Virus record (IMG/VR): IMGVR_UViG_3300032227_001064
Span: 1 to 46,580 of that record
Strand: one strand, 5' to 3'
DNA from: a virus
Taxonomy: Duplodnaviria; Caudoviricetes
DNA: 46,580 nucleotides
The notes beneath the pieces were generated by a model. The model made no database searches. It was not told where the DNA came from and saw nothing but the letters and a program-made list of their open reading frames with translations. The position numbers and the translations under genes were made by a program. Positions 19,870 to 29,632 of the stretch are shown piece after piece; positions within the stretch are counted from its first letter, which is position 1; every line of letters begins with the position of its first letter.

Positions 19870-20925
19870 ATGGGAAATTTAGCAACAGAAAAAGTTCAAC
19901 AGTCTATTGAAACTTTAAGAAATAAAAAGGCAAGAATTTATTTATTTGCCCAAGACACAAAAGGTAATGCTAAAGCATCTATTAGATACATTTATCAAGT
20001 AGCAATGACTTTAAAAAATGCAGGATTCAATCCAATCATTCTACATGAAAAGAATGAATACTCAGGAGTATCATCGTGGTTAGGAGAAGAGTACATGACT
20101 CAAATACCTCATAAATCAATTGAAAATCAAAACTTGGAGATTAGTCCTGAAGACTTTTTGGTTATACCTGAAATCTATGGGTACATTATGGACCAAGTAA
20201 AACAGTTACCTTGTGCTAAAATTGTTCTAACACAATCATACGCATACATGTTAGAGACATTACAACCTGGTCAAAATTGGGCACAATTTGGATTTTTAAA
20301 ATGTATCACAACAAGTAATATACAAAAAGAATATATTGAGAGAGTTATGAGACAATCATCAATTGATGTTTTACCTCCTTACATTACAGATAATTTTACA
20401 CCAAGAGAATTACCACCAATGCCGATTGTTGCTGTACATACAAAAGAACAAAGCGATGCAATCAATTTAATCAAAACTTTCTATCTTAAATTCCCTCAGT
20501 ATAGATGGTTTACTTTCAGAGACATGAGAGGTTTATCTGAAAAAGAATTTGCAAAATCATTAAAAGAATGTTTCTTAAGTGTTTGGATTGATGATAAAAG
20601 TGCGTTTGGTACATTCCCATTAGAATCTATGGCGTGTGGTGTACCGTGTTTAGGGAAAATACCAGACCTGTCACCTGAATGGATGAATGAAGATAATGGA
20701 ATATGGGTTGATGATGTAACCATGATGACCGATTTTATTGCGGATTTTATGCAAAATTGGCTTGAAGATAACATCAAACCTGAAATAATTGAAAATATGA
20801 AAAAAACGGCTTTACAATATAGTAATAAACAAGACTTTGAATCTAAAGTAATTAACTTATTTGAAGGTTACTTATCAACGAGAGCAGATTCATTCGAACA
20901 ACAAATATCAAAAACAGAAGAATAA
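19870..20925 (+). CDS. Glycosyltransferase (GT-B, GT4-like)
   Basis: DFLVIPE, FGTFPLESMACGVP. Confidence 0.75.
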   Translation: MGNLATEKVQQSIETLRNKKARIYLFAQDTKGNAKASIRYIYQVAMTLKNAGFNPIILHEKNEYSGVSSWLGEEYMTQIPHKSIENQNLEISPEDFLVIPEIYGYIMDQVKQLPCAKIVLTQSYAYMLETLQPGQNWAQFGFLKCITTSNIQKEYIERVMRQSSIDVLPPYITDNFTPRELPPMPIVAVHTKEQSDAINLIKTFYLKFPQYRWFTFRDMRGLSEKEFAKSLKECFLSVWIDDKSAFGTFPLESMACGVPCLGKIPDLSPEWMNEDNGIWVDDVTMMTDFIADFMQNWLEDNIKPEIIENMKKTALQYSNKQDFESKVINLFEGYLSTRADSFEQQISKTEE

Positions 20926-20926
20926 C

Positions 20927-21733
20927 ATGAGTAAAAATTTATCAGTATCAGTTATATTACCAATTAAATCATCTAAGGTTAGAGATTTTAATGAATATTT
21001 TGAAAAGGCAATTACATCACTTAAAAATCAACAAACTCCAGTCGAAGAGTTGGTTATCGTTCATACCCAAGAAGAATCTTTAGTAACTTTACTAAACGAT
21101 TACGATTTTGGAACATTAAATGTTACAAAATTAGTTTGGGATAAGGAACCTAATTATGCAGAACAAGTTAACTACGGAATTAAAAATTCTAAAGGAACTT
21201 GGATTTCTTTATTTGAATTTGATGACGAATATGCATCAATTTGGTTTAAAAACGTTGAGATTTACACTAAGTCATATCCTGAAGTTCAAGTGTTTTTACC
21301 TGTGGTTGTTGATACAAATGAAAAAGGAGAATTTGTTGGGTTCACTAATGAAGCAACATTTGCAGCAAACTTCACACAAGAAATGGGTTACTTAACAAAT
21401 GAAACTTTACAAGATTATCAAAACTTTCAAACCGCAGGAGCTGTAATTAAAAAATCAGTGATTGAAGATTTTGGTGGATTTAAATCATCAATCAAATTAA
21501 CATTTGTTTATGAATTACTATTAAGATTAACTTATAACTCAGTATCAATTATGACAATCCCTAGATTAGCATACAAACATACTAATATGAGAGAAGGTTC
21601 TATTTTTTGGAATTATAAAAATGGTGAAGTTAAAATGATTGATGATGAGGTTAAATTTTGGATAGGTACCGCAAAAAAAGAATATTTCTTCACTGACGAC
21701 AGAGTCATAAAGTATCAATCAGAAAATGCATAA
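20927..21733 (+). CDS. Glycosyltransferase family 2-like
   Basis: Start moved to ATG 20927 (MSKNLSVSVILP). NYGIKNSKGTWISLFEFDD. Confidence 0.75.
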   Translation: MSKNLSVSVILPIKSSKVRDFNEYFEKAITSLKNQQTPVEELVIVHTQEESLVTLLNDYDFGTLNVTKLVWDKEPNYAEQVNYGIKNSKGTWISLFEFDDEYASIWFKNVEIYTKSYPEVQVFLPVVVDTNEKGEFVGFTNEATFAANFTQEMGYLTNETLQDYQNFQTAGAVIKKSVIEDFGGFKSSIKLTFVYELLLRLTYNSVSIMTIPRLAYKHTNMREGSIFWNYKNGEVKMIDDEVKFWIGTAKKEYFFTDDRVIKYQSENA

Positions 21734-22479
21734 TGTCAGAAATAATCTCTGCAACCACAGAAGATGTTTCATCAAAAAAAAGAGGTAGAAAGGCGGTTAA
21801 TACGAATTATTTTGACGTTAGGGAAGAAACAGCTGTAAGAAATTACTTATTGACTGAATCATCTCACGAAAAAAATAAAATTTATAACGAATTTCTAAGA
21901 GGACCTCTTGATAAGATGATTTCATCAATAATTAGACGTTATAAGTTATATCGTAAGGACATGGATTTCAATGAAATTCATGTTGATACTCATTCATTCT
22001 TAATGACGAAAGTAGACAAATTTAAACCAGATAAGAATAAAAAAGCTTATTCATATTTTGGTACAATTTGTAAAAACTACTTAATGGGTCAAATAATAAA
22101 AGACCAAAAAGAAACTAACAGAAAAATTTCTTACGAAGATATTTCTTCGAGTATTGAAGAAAGACCTGATATGAGTTACAGAATCGATGAAGATATTGTC
22201 GAAAGTGATGTTATTATTTTAAAATATTTAGAAGAGTTAAAAGAATTTATTGAGACCTAAAATTTAAATGATAATGAAAAAAAATTGGGGTATGCGTTAG
22301 TCGACTTATTTGATAACTACCAAACTATATTTTCAGGGGCGGATAATAATAAATTTAATAAAAATGTCATCTTACTTTCTTTAAGAGAAATGACAAATCT
22401 TAGTACTAAAGAAATACGAAGCTCAATTAAAAGATTCAAAAAACTTTATATCGTAATTCAAACTAGGATGAAAAATTAA
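21733..22479 (+). CDS. Phage sigma factor (T4 gp55-like, region 2) interrupted by a single in-frame TAA at 22258-22260
   Basis: KFKPDKNKKAYSYFGTICKNYL resembles the sigma region 2 / gp55 F(D)P...AYF motif. ORFs 21733..22260 and 22285..22479 are in the same frame with no other stop between them. Confidence 0.6.
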
Positions 22480-22498
22480 TAAAAAAGTATTTATTGAT

Positions 22499-22864
22499 AT
22501 GCCTAGACCACAAAGAAAAGAAATTAATTTTACAAAAGATTCCATTTTAGCTCTTATGCAAGAAATCTACAATGAGTTAGTGGAACAAAGAAATACCGCA
22601 ATCAGGATTCAAAATAAAATGTTGACAATGTTAAAGGATGCATCTGATATGACAAGTATCGGTCCTGTAATTGAAAAACAACAAAAGATTGTGAATGATT
22701 GTGTTGAGAAAAAATTATCTCTATCTAAACTCCAATCAACAATTTGGGAAAAATCAAATTCAAATACAGAATCGTTTACGTTATCTGATTTGGATGATGA
22801 TTTAATTCAAAATTTGATTGATAAAGATGTTTCTAAAGATGAAGAAACTTATAAATTAAAATAA
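22499..22864 (+). CDS. Hypothetical coiled-coil protein
   Basis: 121-aa ORF. TATTTAT 4 nt before the ATG. Confidence 0.8.
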   Translation: MPRPQRKEINFTKDSILALMQEIYNELVEQRNTAIRIQNKMLTMLKDASDMTSIGPVIEKQQKIVNDCVEKKLSLSKLQSTIWEKSNSNTESFTLSDLDDDLIQNLIDKDVSKDEETYKLK

Positions 22865-22865
22865 G

Positions 22866-24953
22866 ATGCCCGCTCCAGATTTAGCACAAGGATATAAAGA
22901 AGCTGGTGGTCAAATAGATGCGATTAAAGACTATAATCAGACATCTCAAGCAGAAAAAAGTATTTTAAGTAAAGCTGGAGATTCTGCGTCAAGTGCTGCT
23001 GCAAAAATTTCAAAAAGTCTTAATAGTATTGTAGACAAACAAAAAAGATTTGAAAGGGATGCTCCAACATCAATGGACCAACTTTTGAACCTTTTTGGTA
23101 AAACAAACGGACAAGGTCCTGCCAGTTTTGTGTATCTTAGAAAGAAATTTTTAGAAGCATCTGCTAAAATAGAACCAGAAATTAATGAAATTTTTTCAAG
23201 AAACGCATTAAAGGCTTTAGGATGTTCCCAACAACAAACATTCAAAGGATTTAGTAAATCACAATATGCTAATATAGGTTCAATGTCACAACTCCCTGTT
23301 CAACAAGGAGTTTATATTCCAGTTCAAAGTTTAGATTTTTTTGGTAACTTAAAAAACGCTCCAGATACTCCAGTTGGTAAATCATATTATGAAGCATTTA
23401 CCCCATCAACATCAACAGAATTTAAACCGTTCGGCGGAAATGTTCCATATCCAATGAATAAAGAACTTTATCAAAGAATGGACGGAGGTAATGTTAATAG
23501 GTCGTTTAAACAAGAATATGGTAAAGTTTACCAAGGAGCTTCAGGTCAAGAACTTTTTGATATGCAATACACTAAAACAAACGAGTTTGGTGTTTCGGGA
23601 GATTATTTTAGAATTTTATTATTAGACCGTGAAGAAGGTACAACCATAGGAGGTACTGCAAATAAAGTAGGTCCATTTTTACAAGATTATTTTTCAACTA
23701 TAAAATTAGTTGATTCTGTAGATATTACGTATCAGATTGTAAATTTACTTTCAGGTGCAATGAACATAAATGCCAAATTAGGACCTCAAGACATATCAAA
23801 CGAATCTGAATTCTTTTTGATTGTACAAAGAATATTGGGGTTATGTTTTGATAGTAGACGACAAATAGATGTTAGTGGAGTTGCAAAAGTCGCGGAACTT
23901 GATGGTGTTGATGATGAATTTTTTAAGCCGACTCAATCTGATTTAAGAAATATTGAAATTAGAGTTAATAATGTTCAAAATGGTGTTATGGAATTTGAAG
24001 ATTGTGATAACGTTAAACTACCTGTAGATTACGAAAATCTTGCCCAAGAATTAGGTACATTCAGAAATGAATTATCGGGACAAACTACAGAACAGCAAGT
24101 TGCATCTATGGAAAGAATCATAGACAGTATTTCACAAAATCCTGATTGGAACTTATACATACCCGCAAACTTTAATGTTAATGTTGCAATTAATCAAAAT
24201 GTTTTAAAACAAATTCCAATGGCAGTTGCTGCTGGTGTTTTAACACCAAAAACACTTTTACCAATTTTCACAATGTTATCAGTTTTAGAAACAAGCGCTA
24301 AAAATACATATAATCAAGCAATAACGTCAGCAAATACATTAGTCAGTTCAGGTAATACTATTGGTAATCAAACCAACAACATAATCAACAATGGTGCGGA
24401 TTTTTTAAATAAGTTTAGAACATTTAACATTAATGTTATTTCTGAAATTGGTGCAATCTATCTTAAAGCACTTTTTGAGATTTTGAAGAAGGACATTATT
24501 AATCTTTTATCCATTGTTATTCAAGATATCACAAAGAATCAAATTACAAAAAGATATGCAATGATTTTAAGGTTAGTTCAATTAGCAATAACAATTGCAC
24601 AATTGATTTCAGACTATAGAAATTGTAAGAGTTTACTTGATGACATTTTGGCATTATTAAGATTAATTAATGGGTTACCAATTAAAAGACCAAGAATTCC
24701 ATCGTTTTTAATGCCGTTTACACAATTTCTACCAGGGACTGACCCAAGTAGGGCTAATGTAAATACAATAAAATTTTTACAAGAATTAGGAATCCCTACA
24801 GGTACATTGCCAGATGGTTCTCCTAACATAATGAATTTATACGATAAGATGTCGAAAAAGGGTGCAGATAAAGAAGAGGCTGAAAACGGTGTATCTGATG
24901 CTGAGGTATGGACTCCGGCAGGTGTATTACCAGTTTTTAATAAAAAAGTATAG
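22866..24953 (+). CDS. Large hypothetical protein, possibly virion/baseplate-associated
   Basis: 695-aa ORF upstream of the baseplate spike-like gene. Confidence 0.7.
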   Translation: MPAPDLAQGYKEAGGQIDAIKDYNQTSQAEKSILSKAGDSASSAAAKISKSLNSIVDKQKRFERDAPTSMDQLLNLFGKTNGQGPASFVYLRKKFLEASAKIEPEINEIFSRNALKALGCSQQQTFKGFSKSQYANIGSMSQLPVQQGVYIPVQSLDFFGNLKNAPDTPVGKSYYEAFTPSTSTEFKPFGGNVPYPMNKELYQRMDGGNVNRSFKQEYGKVYQGASGQELFDMQYTKTNEFGVSGDYFRILLLDREEGTTIGGTANKVGPFLQDYFSTIKLVDSVDITYQIVNLLSGAMNINAKLGPQDISNESEFFLIVQRILGLCFDSRRQIDVSGVAKVAELDGVDDEFFKPTQSDLRNIEIRVNNVQNGVMEFEDCDNVKLPVDYENLAQELGTFRNELSGQTTEQQVASMERIIDSISQNPDWNLYIPANFNVNVAINQNVLKQIPMAVAAGVLTPKTLLPIFTMLSVLETSAKNTYNQAITSANTLVSSGNTIGNQTNNIINNGADFLNKFRTFNINVISEIGAIYLKALFEILKKDIINLLSIVIQDITKNQITKRYAMILRLVQLAITIAQLISDYRNCKSLLDDILALLRLINGLPIKRPRIPSFLMPFTQFLPGTDPSRANVNTIKFLQELGIPTGTLPDGSPNIMNLYDKMSKKGADKEEAENGVSDAEVWTPAGVLPVFNKKV

Positions 24954-24954
24954 T

Positions 24955-25158
24955 ATGACTAAAGAAGAATATAATAAAATAGTTGACGAACAAAAAGATT
25001 TGAAAAATTTACCTAATGTTGAATTGGTTAGCATGATGGATATTTTATCAACTGAGTTTGAAGACGTTAAAAAAAATCTTATTAGTATGACTTTTCATTT
25101 AGATAATGTTGAAGTGTTATACAATAACGCATTAAAAGAATTTCAAAATAGAGGATAA
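24955..25158 (+). CDS. Hypothetical protein
   Basis: Likely start ATG 24955 (MTKEEY). TAATG-coupled to the next gene. Confidence 0.65.
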   Translation: MTKEEYNKIVDEQKDLKNLPNVELVSMMDILSTEFEDVKKNLISMTFHLDNVEVLYNNALKEFQNRG

Positions 25159-26684
25159 TGAGTAAACCGTTATTTTATCAGTGTTTAGTATTAGATGTGA
25201 ATGACCCATTAATGTTGGGTAGGATTAGAGGAACTCTGATAACAGATAATTACGCAGATATTATTAGAAGTTTTGACGACCCACCTTGGAATGAAGCCAA
25301 AGATGCTTGGACTGAAAGAGACCCTTTCATCTTTAACCCATTATTACCTTATTTCGTATACCAAGTTCCAAAAGTTAATGAGTTAGTTCAAATAATGTAT
25401 TTGAATAGAGATTTCAAATATCAGAACCAATATTACGTTCAAAATACTTTTTACTCTCCTACTTCATCTTTCTTCCAATTTCAGGAAGGTGGAAACAAGT
25501 TTACGGGTACGGGTATGCAAATTAAAGACCCAAAACCTTTAAAAGAAAAATCAACAGGACTTTACACCGAAAAAGGTGTTCATAAAGGAGTATTCCCTGA
25601 ACCAGGTGATAATGCCATTTTAGGTAGGGGAAGTGCGGATTTAGTTGTTAAAGAAAATGAAGTCTTATTAAGGGCCGGTAAATTTACGGGACAATCATTA
25701 CAACCGAATGTTGTTCCTGTGGCAAACCAACAAAGAGGTTTCCTTCAGTTATCAAGATTTCAAAGTGTTAAGATTCCATTAGAACCAAAGACATATAAAG
25801 AAATTGAAGAGAAAATTCTTTTAGTTAGATACCTTGTTGAGTGGTCAATAGACAATGCTGAGAATGCTTATGATAAATTTACAGGTGGAGTTTTCTTATA
25901 TCAACTTAAACCTGATTTATCTACTAACTCACAGAATGTTACAGTTGATTCAGTGATTAGTGAAAACTTAAAAACGTTAGTCACCTTTCAAGAATTTTTT
26001 GGGTTAAGCAAACAAGAGACTATTAATTATATCAATAATTTTATTAAATCTTGTAATAGTGAATTTATTACCAAAGAAGGTAATCAATTATTTTCGGCTT
26101 CAGTAACGGATAGATATCCTATTTTTTATAGGCCAAATAATAGAACTTATAGTTATATTTCACCGACTTCAAGAGAAGTTAAAAGTCAGGAATATATTAA
26201 TGTCTCAGGTATCTATTCTCAAGTAAAACTGTTCGCCCCATTAAAACAATCGGGATACGGATTAATTTATAAAAAAGATACTGTTGGTATACCAACTGAT
26301 ATAAAAACCATTGTTGTCCCACAATCAAAATATTTCCCAACACCCCAAACATTTGGAGCATTAGGTTCTGATAAATTATTCTTGTTATCACATCAAAGTG
26401 CAATACCAGGAAAAAAGAAAATCAATTTTGACGACACCTTATACGGTATTTCAAACGATAAGTTCTCAGATGATATTATTCCAAATACATCAAGTATGGT
26501 TAGAGGTGAGGAATTATTAGAGTTGATTAATTTAATTACAAGATTCTTATTAACACACACCCACGCATATCCAGGATTACCCCCAATACCTGTAACTCAA
26601 GACGGAACTTCGACCACAGATATCCTTACAGAACTACAAAATGCATACACAAAAGTTTTAAATAGTAATATTCGTCTTAATTGA
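25158..26684 (+). CDS. Baseplate hub/spike protein (gp5/Vgr-like OB-fold N-terminus)
   Basis: VLDVNDPLMLGRIR...PKVNELV at the N-terminus. C-terminal VRGEELLELI...THTH metal-binding spike motif. Confidence 0.65.
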   Translation: MSKPLFYQCLVLDVNDPLMLGRIRGTLITDNYADIIRSFDDPPWNEAKDAWTERDPFIFNPLLPYFVYQVPKVNELVQIMYLNRDFKYQNQYYVQNTFYSPTSSFFQFQEGGNKFTGTGMQIKDPKPLKEKSTGLYTEKGVHKGVFPEPGDNAILGRGSADLVVKENEVLLRAGKFTGQSLQPNVVPVANQQRGFLQLSRFQSVKIPLEPKTYKEIEEKILLVRYLVEWSIDNAENAYDKFTGGVFLYQLKPDLSTNSQNVTVDSVISENLKTLVTFQEFFGLSKQETINYINNFIKSCNSEFITKEGNQLFSASVTDRYPIFYRPNNRTYSYISPTSREVKSQEYINVSGIYSQVKLFAPLKQSGYGLIYKKDTVGIPTDIKTIVVPQSKYFPTPQTFGALGSDKLFLLSHQSAIPGKKKINFDDTLYGISNDKFSDDIIPNTSSMVRGEELLELINLITRFLLTHTHAYPGLPPIPVTQDGTSTTDILTELQNAYTKVLNSNIRLN

Positions 26685-26704
26685 TATTTATAATAAAAGA
26701 TTAA

Positions 26705-28207
26705 ATGTCAATTTTAAGGTCATACATAGATAAGAATAATACTATTACTTCTAACTCATACGTAAACACGGCAAGAAACCCTGTTGCAGAATTAAATTTT
26801 GGTGCATCTGATTTAGTAGTTCCAAACTTCGGATACTCAAGATACATCTTTGATTTGGATTTAGAATTATTAGAACAAAACATTGCAACAGGAATTATAT
26901 CAACAGGATGTACTTCAGCAATGACGCACACCCTTCAAATGACAAACACGTCTTCATTTGATAATGAATTATTAAATTCATTCATGTCAAACGAAAGAAG
27001 AAGAGCAACATCATTTGATTTAATTCTTTTCAGAATACCAAAAACTTCAGGAGATACAGGTAACCCACAATTTTGGGACGAAGGTGTTGGATATGACTAC
27101 TCAGACTTTAACCTCGCAAAAAATAGTGCCATAGGTGGTTCAACACCACTTACTTACGTAGACAGTAGAGCATACTCAACAAGACCATCTAACTGGTATC
27201 AGACAACAACAATCGACAATTGGTCTCAACCAGGTATCTACAACAATAGAGATGAAGGGAGTGTTAATTTCTCAGGACTTACAATTGTTGCAAGACAACA
27301 CTTTGAGTTAGGTAATGAAGATATTAACATGGATATGACTGAGGAAATCAACGGCATATTAAATGGAACAATAACAGGAGTTACTGGTTGGGGATTAGCT
27401 TACTTACCTCAAATTGAGAACATAACAGGATTGACAGACAGTTATAGTGTAGCATTCTTCTCGAAGTATACTCAAACATTCTATCAACCATATTTGTTAA
27501 CAAACTATGATGATTTAATTGTCGATGACAGAAATCAATTTTTAAAAAGCCAAGAGAATAAATTGTTCTTATACATTTATCAAAATGGTGATTTCGCAAA
27601 TTTGGATTCAGACCCAGTAGTTAGAATTCAAGATAGAAATGGTGACGCTGTAACAGGAATGGCAACCTTATCTACCTGTCTTAAAACTAAAGGTGTTTAT
27701 GAAGTAATAGTACCTAATGGATTCTCAGGATACCCAACACCTTGTATGTTTTATGATGTTTGGTCAGGATTAACAATTAATGGACAAAGTTTACCAAACG
27801 TTCAAAACCAATTTATATTACAACCATACACTAATGGTATTCAAATTGGAACTGTATCTCAAGACCCTGAAATTTTTGGATTTAACTTTTTTGGTATTAA
27901 ACAAAATGAACAAATTCTAAACACAGACATTAGAAAAGTTGGTGTAACAATTAAACAAGCATACACAGGACAACAAGTTCTTTTGAACGTTTCAGCATCT
28001 TATAGAGTATATGTTATGGAAGGAACAACTGAAGTTCAAGTACAAGATTGGACTCCTTTGAACAGAACACCCAACCAATACTATTTCATATTTGATATGA
28101 GGGATAAAATACCAAATCAATATTTTGTTGACATTCAAGTGAATACTAGTGGTGAGAAAGATACTTATAAACAACAATTAACATTCCAAATCGTAAATAA
28201 GAAATAA
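26705..28207 (+). CDS. Putative virion structural protein
   Basis: 500-aa beta-rich ORF (WDEGVGYDY), six [ST]GxT motifs, TATTTAT upstream. Confidence 0.65.
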   Translation: MSILRSYIDKNNTITSNSYVNTARNPVAELNFGASDLVVPNFGYSRYIFDLDLELLEQNIATGIISTGCTSAMTHTLQMTNTSSFDNELLNSFMSNERRRATSFDLILFRIPKTSGDTGNPQFWDEGVGYDYSDFNLAKNSAIGGSTPLTYVDSRAYSTRPSNWYQTTTIDNWSQPGIYNNRDEGSVNFSGLTIVARQHFELGNEDINMDMTEEINGILNGTITGVTGWGLAYLPQIENITGLTDSYSVAFFSKYTQTFYQPYLLTNYDDLIVDDRNQFLKSQENKLFLYIYQNGDFANLDSDPVVRIQDRNGDAVTGMATLSTCLKTKGVYEVIVPNGFSGYPTPCMFYDVWSGLTINGQSLPNVQNQFILQPYTNGIQIGTVSQDPEIFGFNFFGIKQNEQILNTDIRKVGVTIKQAYTGQQVLLNVSASYRVYVMEGTTEVQVQDWTPLNRTPNQYYFIFDMRDKIPNQYFVDIQVNTSGEKDTYKQQLTFQIVNKK

Positions 28208-28686
28208 TGAGTAAAGTAATTAGACTAACTGAAAAAGACATTAACCTTTTAGTGAAAAAGGTTTTGAAAGAGCAAGAACAAGTAAATTATATGTTCTTCA
28301 GTAATTTAGAGCAAATAAAAAGACAGTGTGAAATGATGATGGAAATGGACCCTGATAAACTTGATGATATAATTCAAAATGGTCATGATTGGGCGGATGA
28401 CCATATCTCAGAAGCCAAAACAAACATTGACCAAGTATTTGATTTCTTCAAAAATAAGATGAGTGAAGAATCTGATTATGTTGATTATGAAGATGTTGAA
28501 GAAAATTCATTATCTGAAGGTAGAAAAAAAACAGGAACAAAACTTTGTGCTAGAGGTAAGGCAGCGGCTAAAGCAAAATTTAAAGTTTATCCTAGTGCTT
28601 ATGGAAATGGCTACGCCGTTCAAGTATGTAAAGGTAAAATAAAAGGGTTAGACGGTAAAAGACATTGTTCGGGAGCATATTGTTAA
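28207..28686 (+). CDS. Hypothetical protein with IRLTE...VLKE leader and basic PSAY domain
   Basis: MSKVIRLTEKDINLLVKKVLKE and CARGKAAAKAKFKVYPSAYGNGYAVQVCKG. Confidence 0.75.
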   Translation: MSKVIRLTEKDINLLVKKVLKEQEQVNYMFFSNLEQIKRQCEMMMEMDPDKLDDIIQNGHDWADDHISEAKTNIDQVFDFFKNKMSEESDYVDYEDVEENSLSEGRKKTGTKLCARGKAAAKAKFKVYPSAYGNGYAVQVCKGKIKGLDGKRHCSGAYC

Positions 28687-28711
28687 AAAGGAAATTAATT
28701 TCCTTTTTTTT
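28685..28711 (+). terminator. Palindromic hairpin with T-tract
   Basis: AAAAAGGAAATT|AATTTCCTTTTT perfect palindrome followed by Ts. Confidence 0.55.
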
Positions 28712-28743
28712 ATATTTTAATGTATATCCGTATATTTATATGT

Positions 28744-29229
28744 ATGGGAACACACAAAACATGTAAACTTTGCGGTAAAATTAAAAGCATTGATAATTTT
28801 TACAAATCTCAACGAGGTTCGAAATGTAAAGATTGTACGTTACAAATTACTAGAGATTACAAAAAAGAAAAAAGAAAAAATTCAGATTTCAGAAAAACTG
28901 AAGGAGTTAAACAAAAAGAAAGAAGAGTTAGATTATGGCAAAACACATTAATAAATGATTCTAAACGTGGTAAAGAACATAGTTTAACTGTTAATGATAT
29001 CAATGAAATGTTTGAAAAACAAAATGGATTATGTTATTGGTTCAAGATACCTTTAGTACCCTCAAATTATATCAAACATCCTCAACAACCTTCGTTAGAT
29101 AGGTTAGATAGAAATAAAGGTTACACGAGAGATAACGTAGTTTTGACTTGTTATTCAGCAAACATAGGGAGAAATGAAAATGATTTGGAAACTTGGAAAA
29201 ATTTCTTAAATTTGTTATTCAAATATTGA
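28744..29229 (+). CDS. His-Me/HNH-type (homing-like) endonuclease with N-terminal Zn finger
   Basis: CKLC...CKDC, then QNGLCYW and SLDRLDRNKGYTRDNVVLTCYSANIGRN. Start moved to ATG 28744. Confidence 0.75.
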   Translation: MGTHKTCKLCGKIKSIDNFYKSQRGSKCKDCTLQITRDYKKEKRKNSDFRKTEGVKQKERRVRLWQNTLINDSKRGKEHSLTVNDINEMFEKQNGLCYWFKIPLVPSNYIKHPQQPSLDRLDRNKGYTRDNVVLTCYSANIGRNENDLETWKNFLNLLFKY

Positions 29230-29230
29230 T

Positions 29231-29632
29231 ATGAACACAAATGAAAATTCAGGAATATTATTTAGAATATTTTTATATCTAAAAAATAAGTTTGACCCAA
29301 AACCTCCTGTGGCTGAGGAAGTTCAAACGTGCACCCAAATTGTATTGAAGGTATTAGAATATGAAGATACCGAACTCACCTATACTCCAGTATCCAATAA
29401 AAGATTTATTGTTAATGATAAAAAAGGTATGGCAATAACTATTGAGAATAGAGTTGTTCATATTATAAATCACATATACAGTTATAGCATATACATGGAA
29501 GATAACGATTGTTACGGGAAAGTTTTAAAAAAATTTGACGAAGTATCTGAAAAGAAAAAAAGTGAATTAGAGGAAAAAATCACAAATAATATAAAACACT
29601 CATTAAATAAAATCTTAGAAGGACTCTCTTAA
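29231..29632 (+). CDS. Hypothetical protein
   Basis: 133-aa ORF. Confidence 0.7.
   Translation: MNTNENSGILFRIFLYLKNKFDPKPPVAEEVQTCTQIVLKVLEYEDTELTYTPVSNKRFIVNDKKGMAITIENRVVHIINHIYSYSIYMEDNDCYGKVLKKFDEVSEKKKSELEEKITNNIKHSLNKILEGLS

Noticed and set aside
22258-22260. Genome-wide stop-codon reassignment, as in some huge phages
   Set aside because: TAA, TAG (portal, gene 22866) and TGA all terminate genes normally and the other long ORFs are intact. Only this one internal stop was seen.
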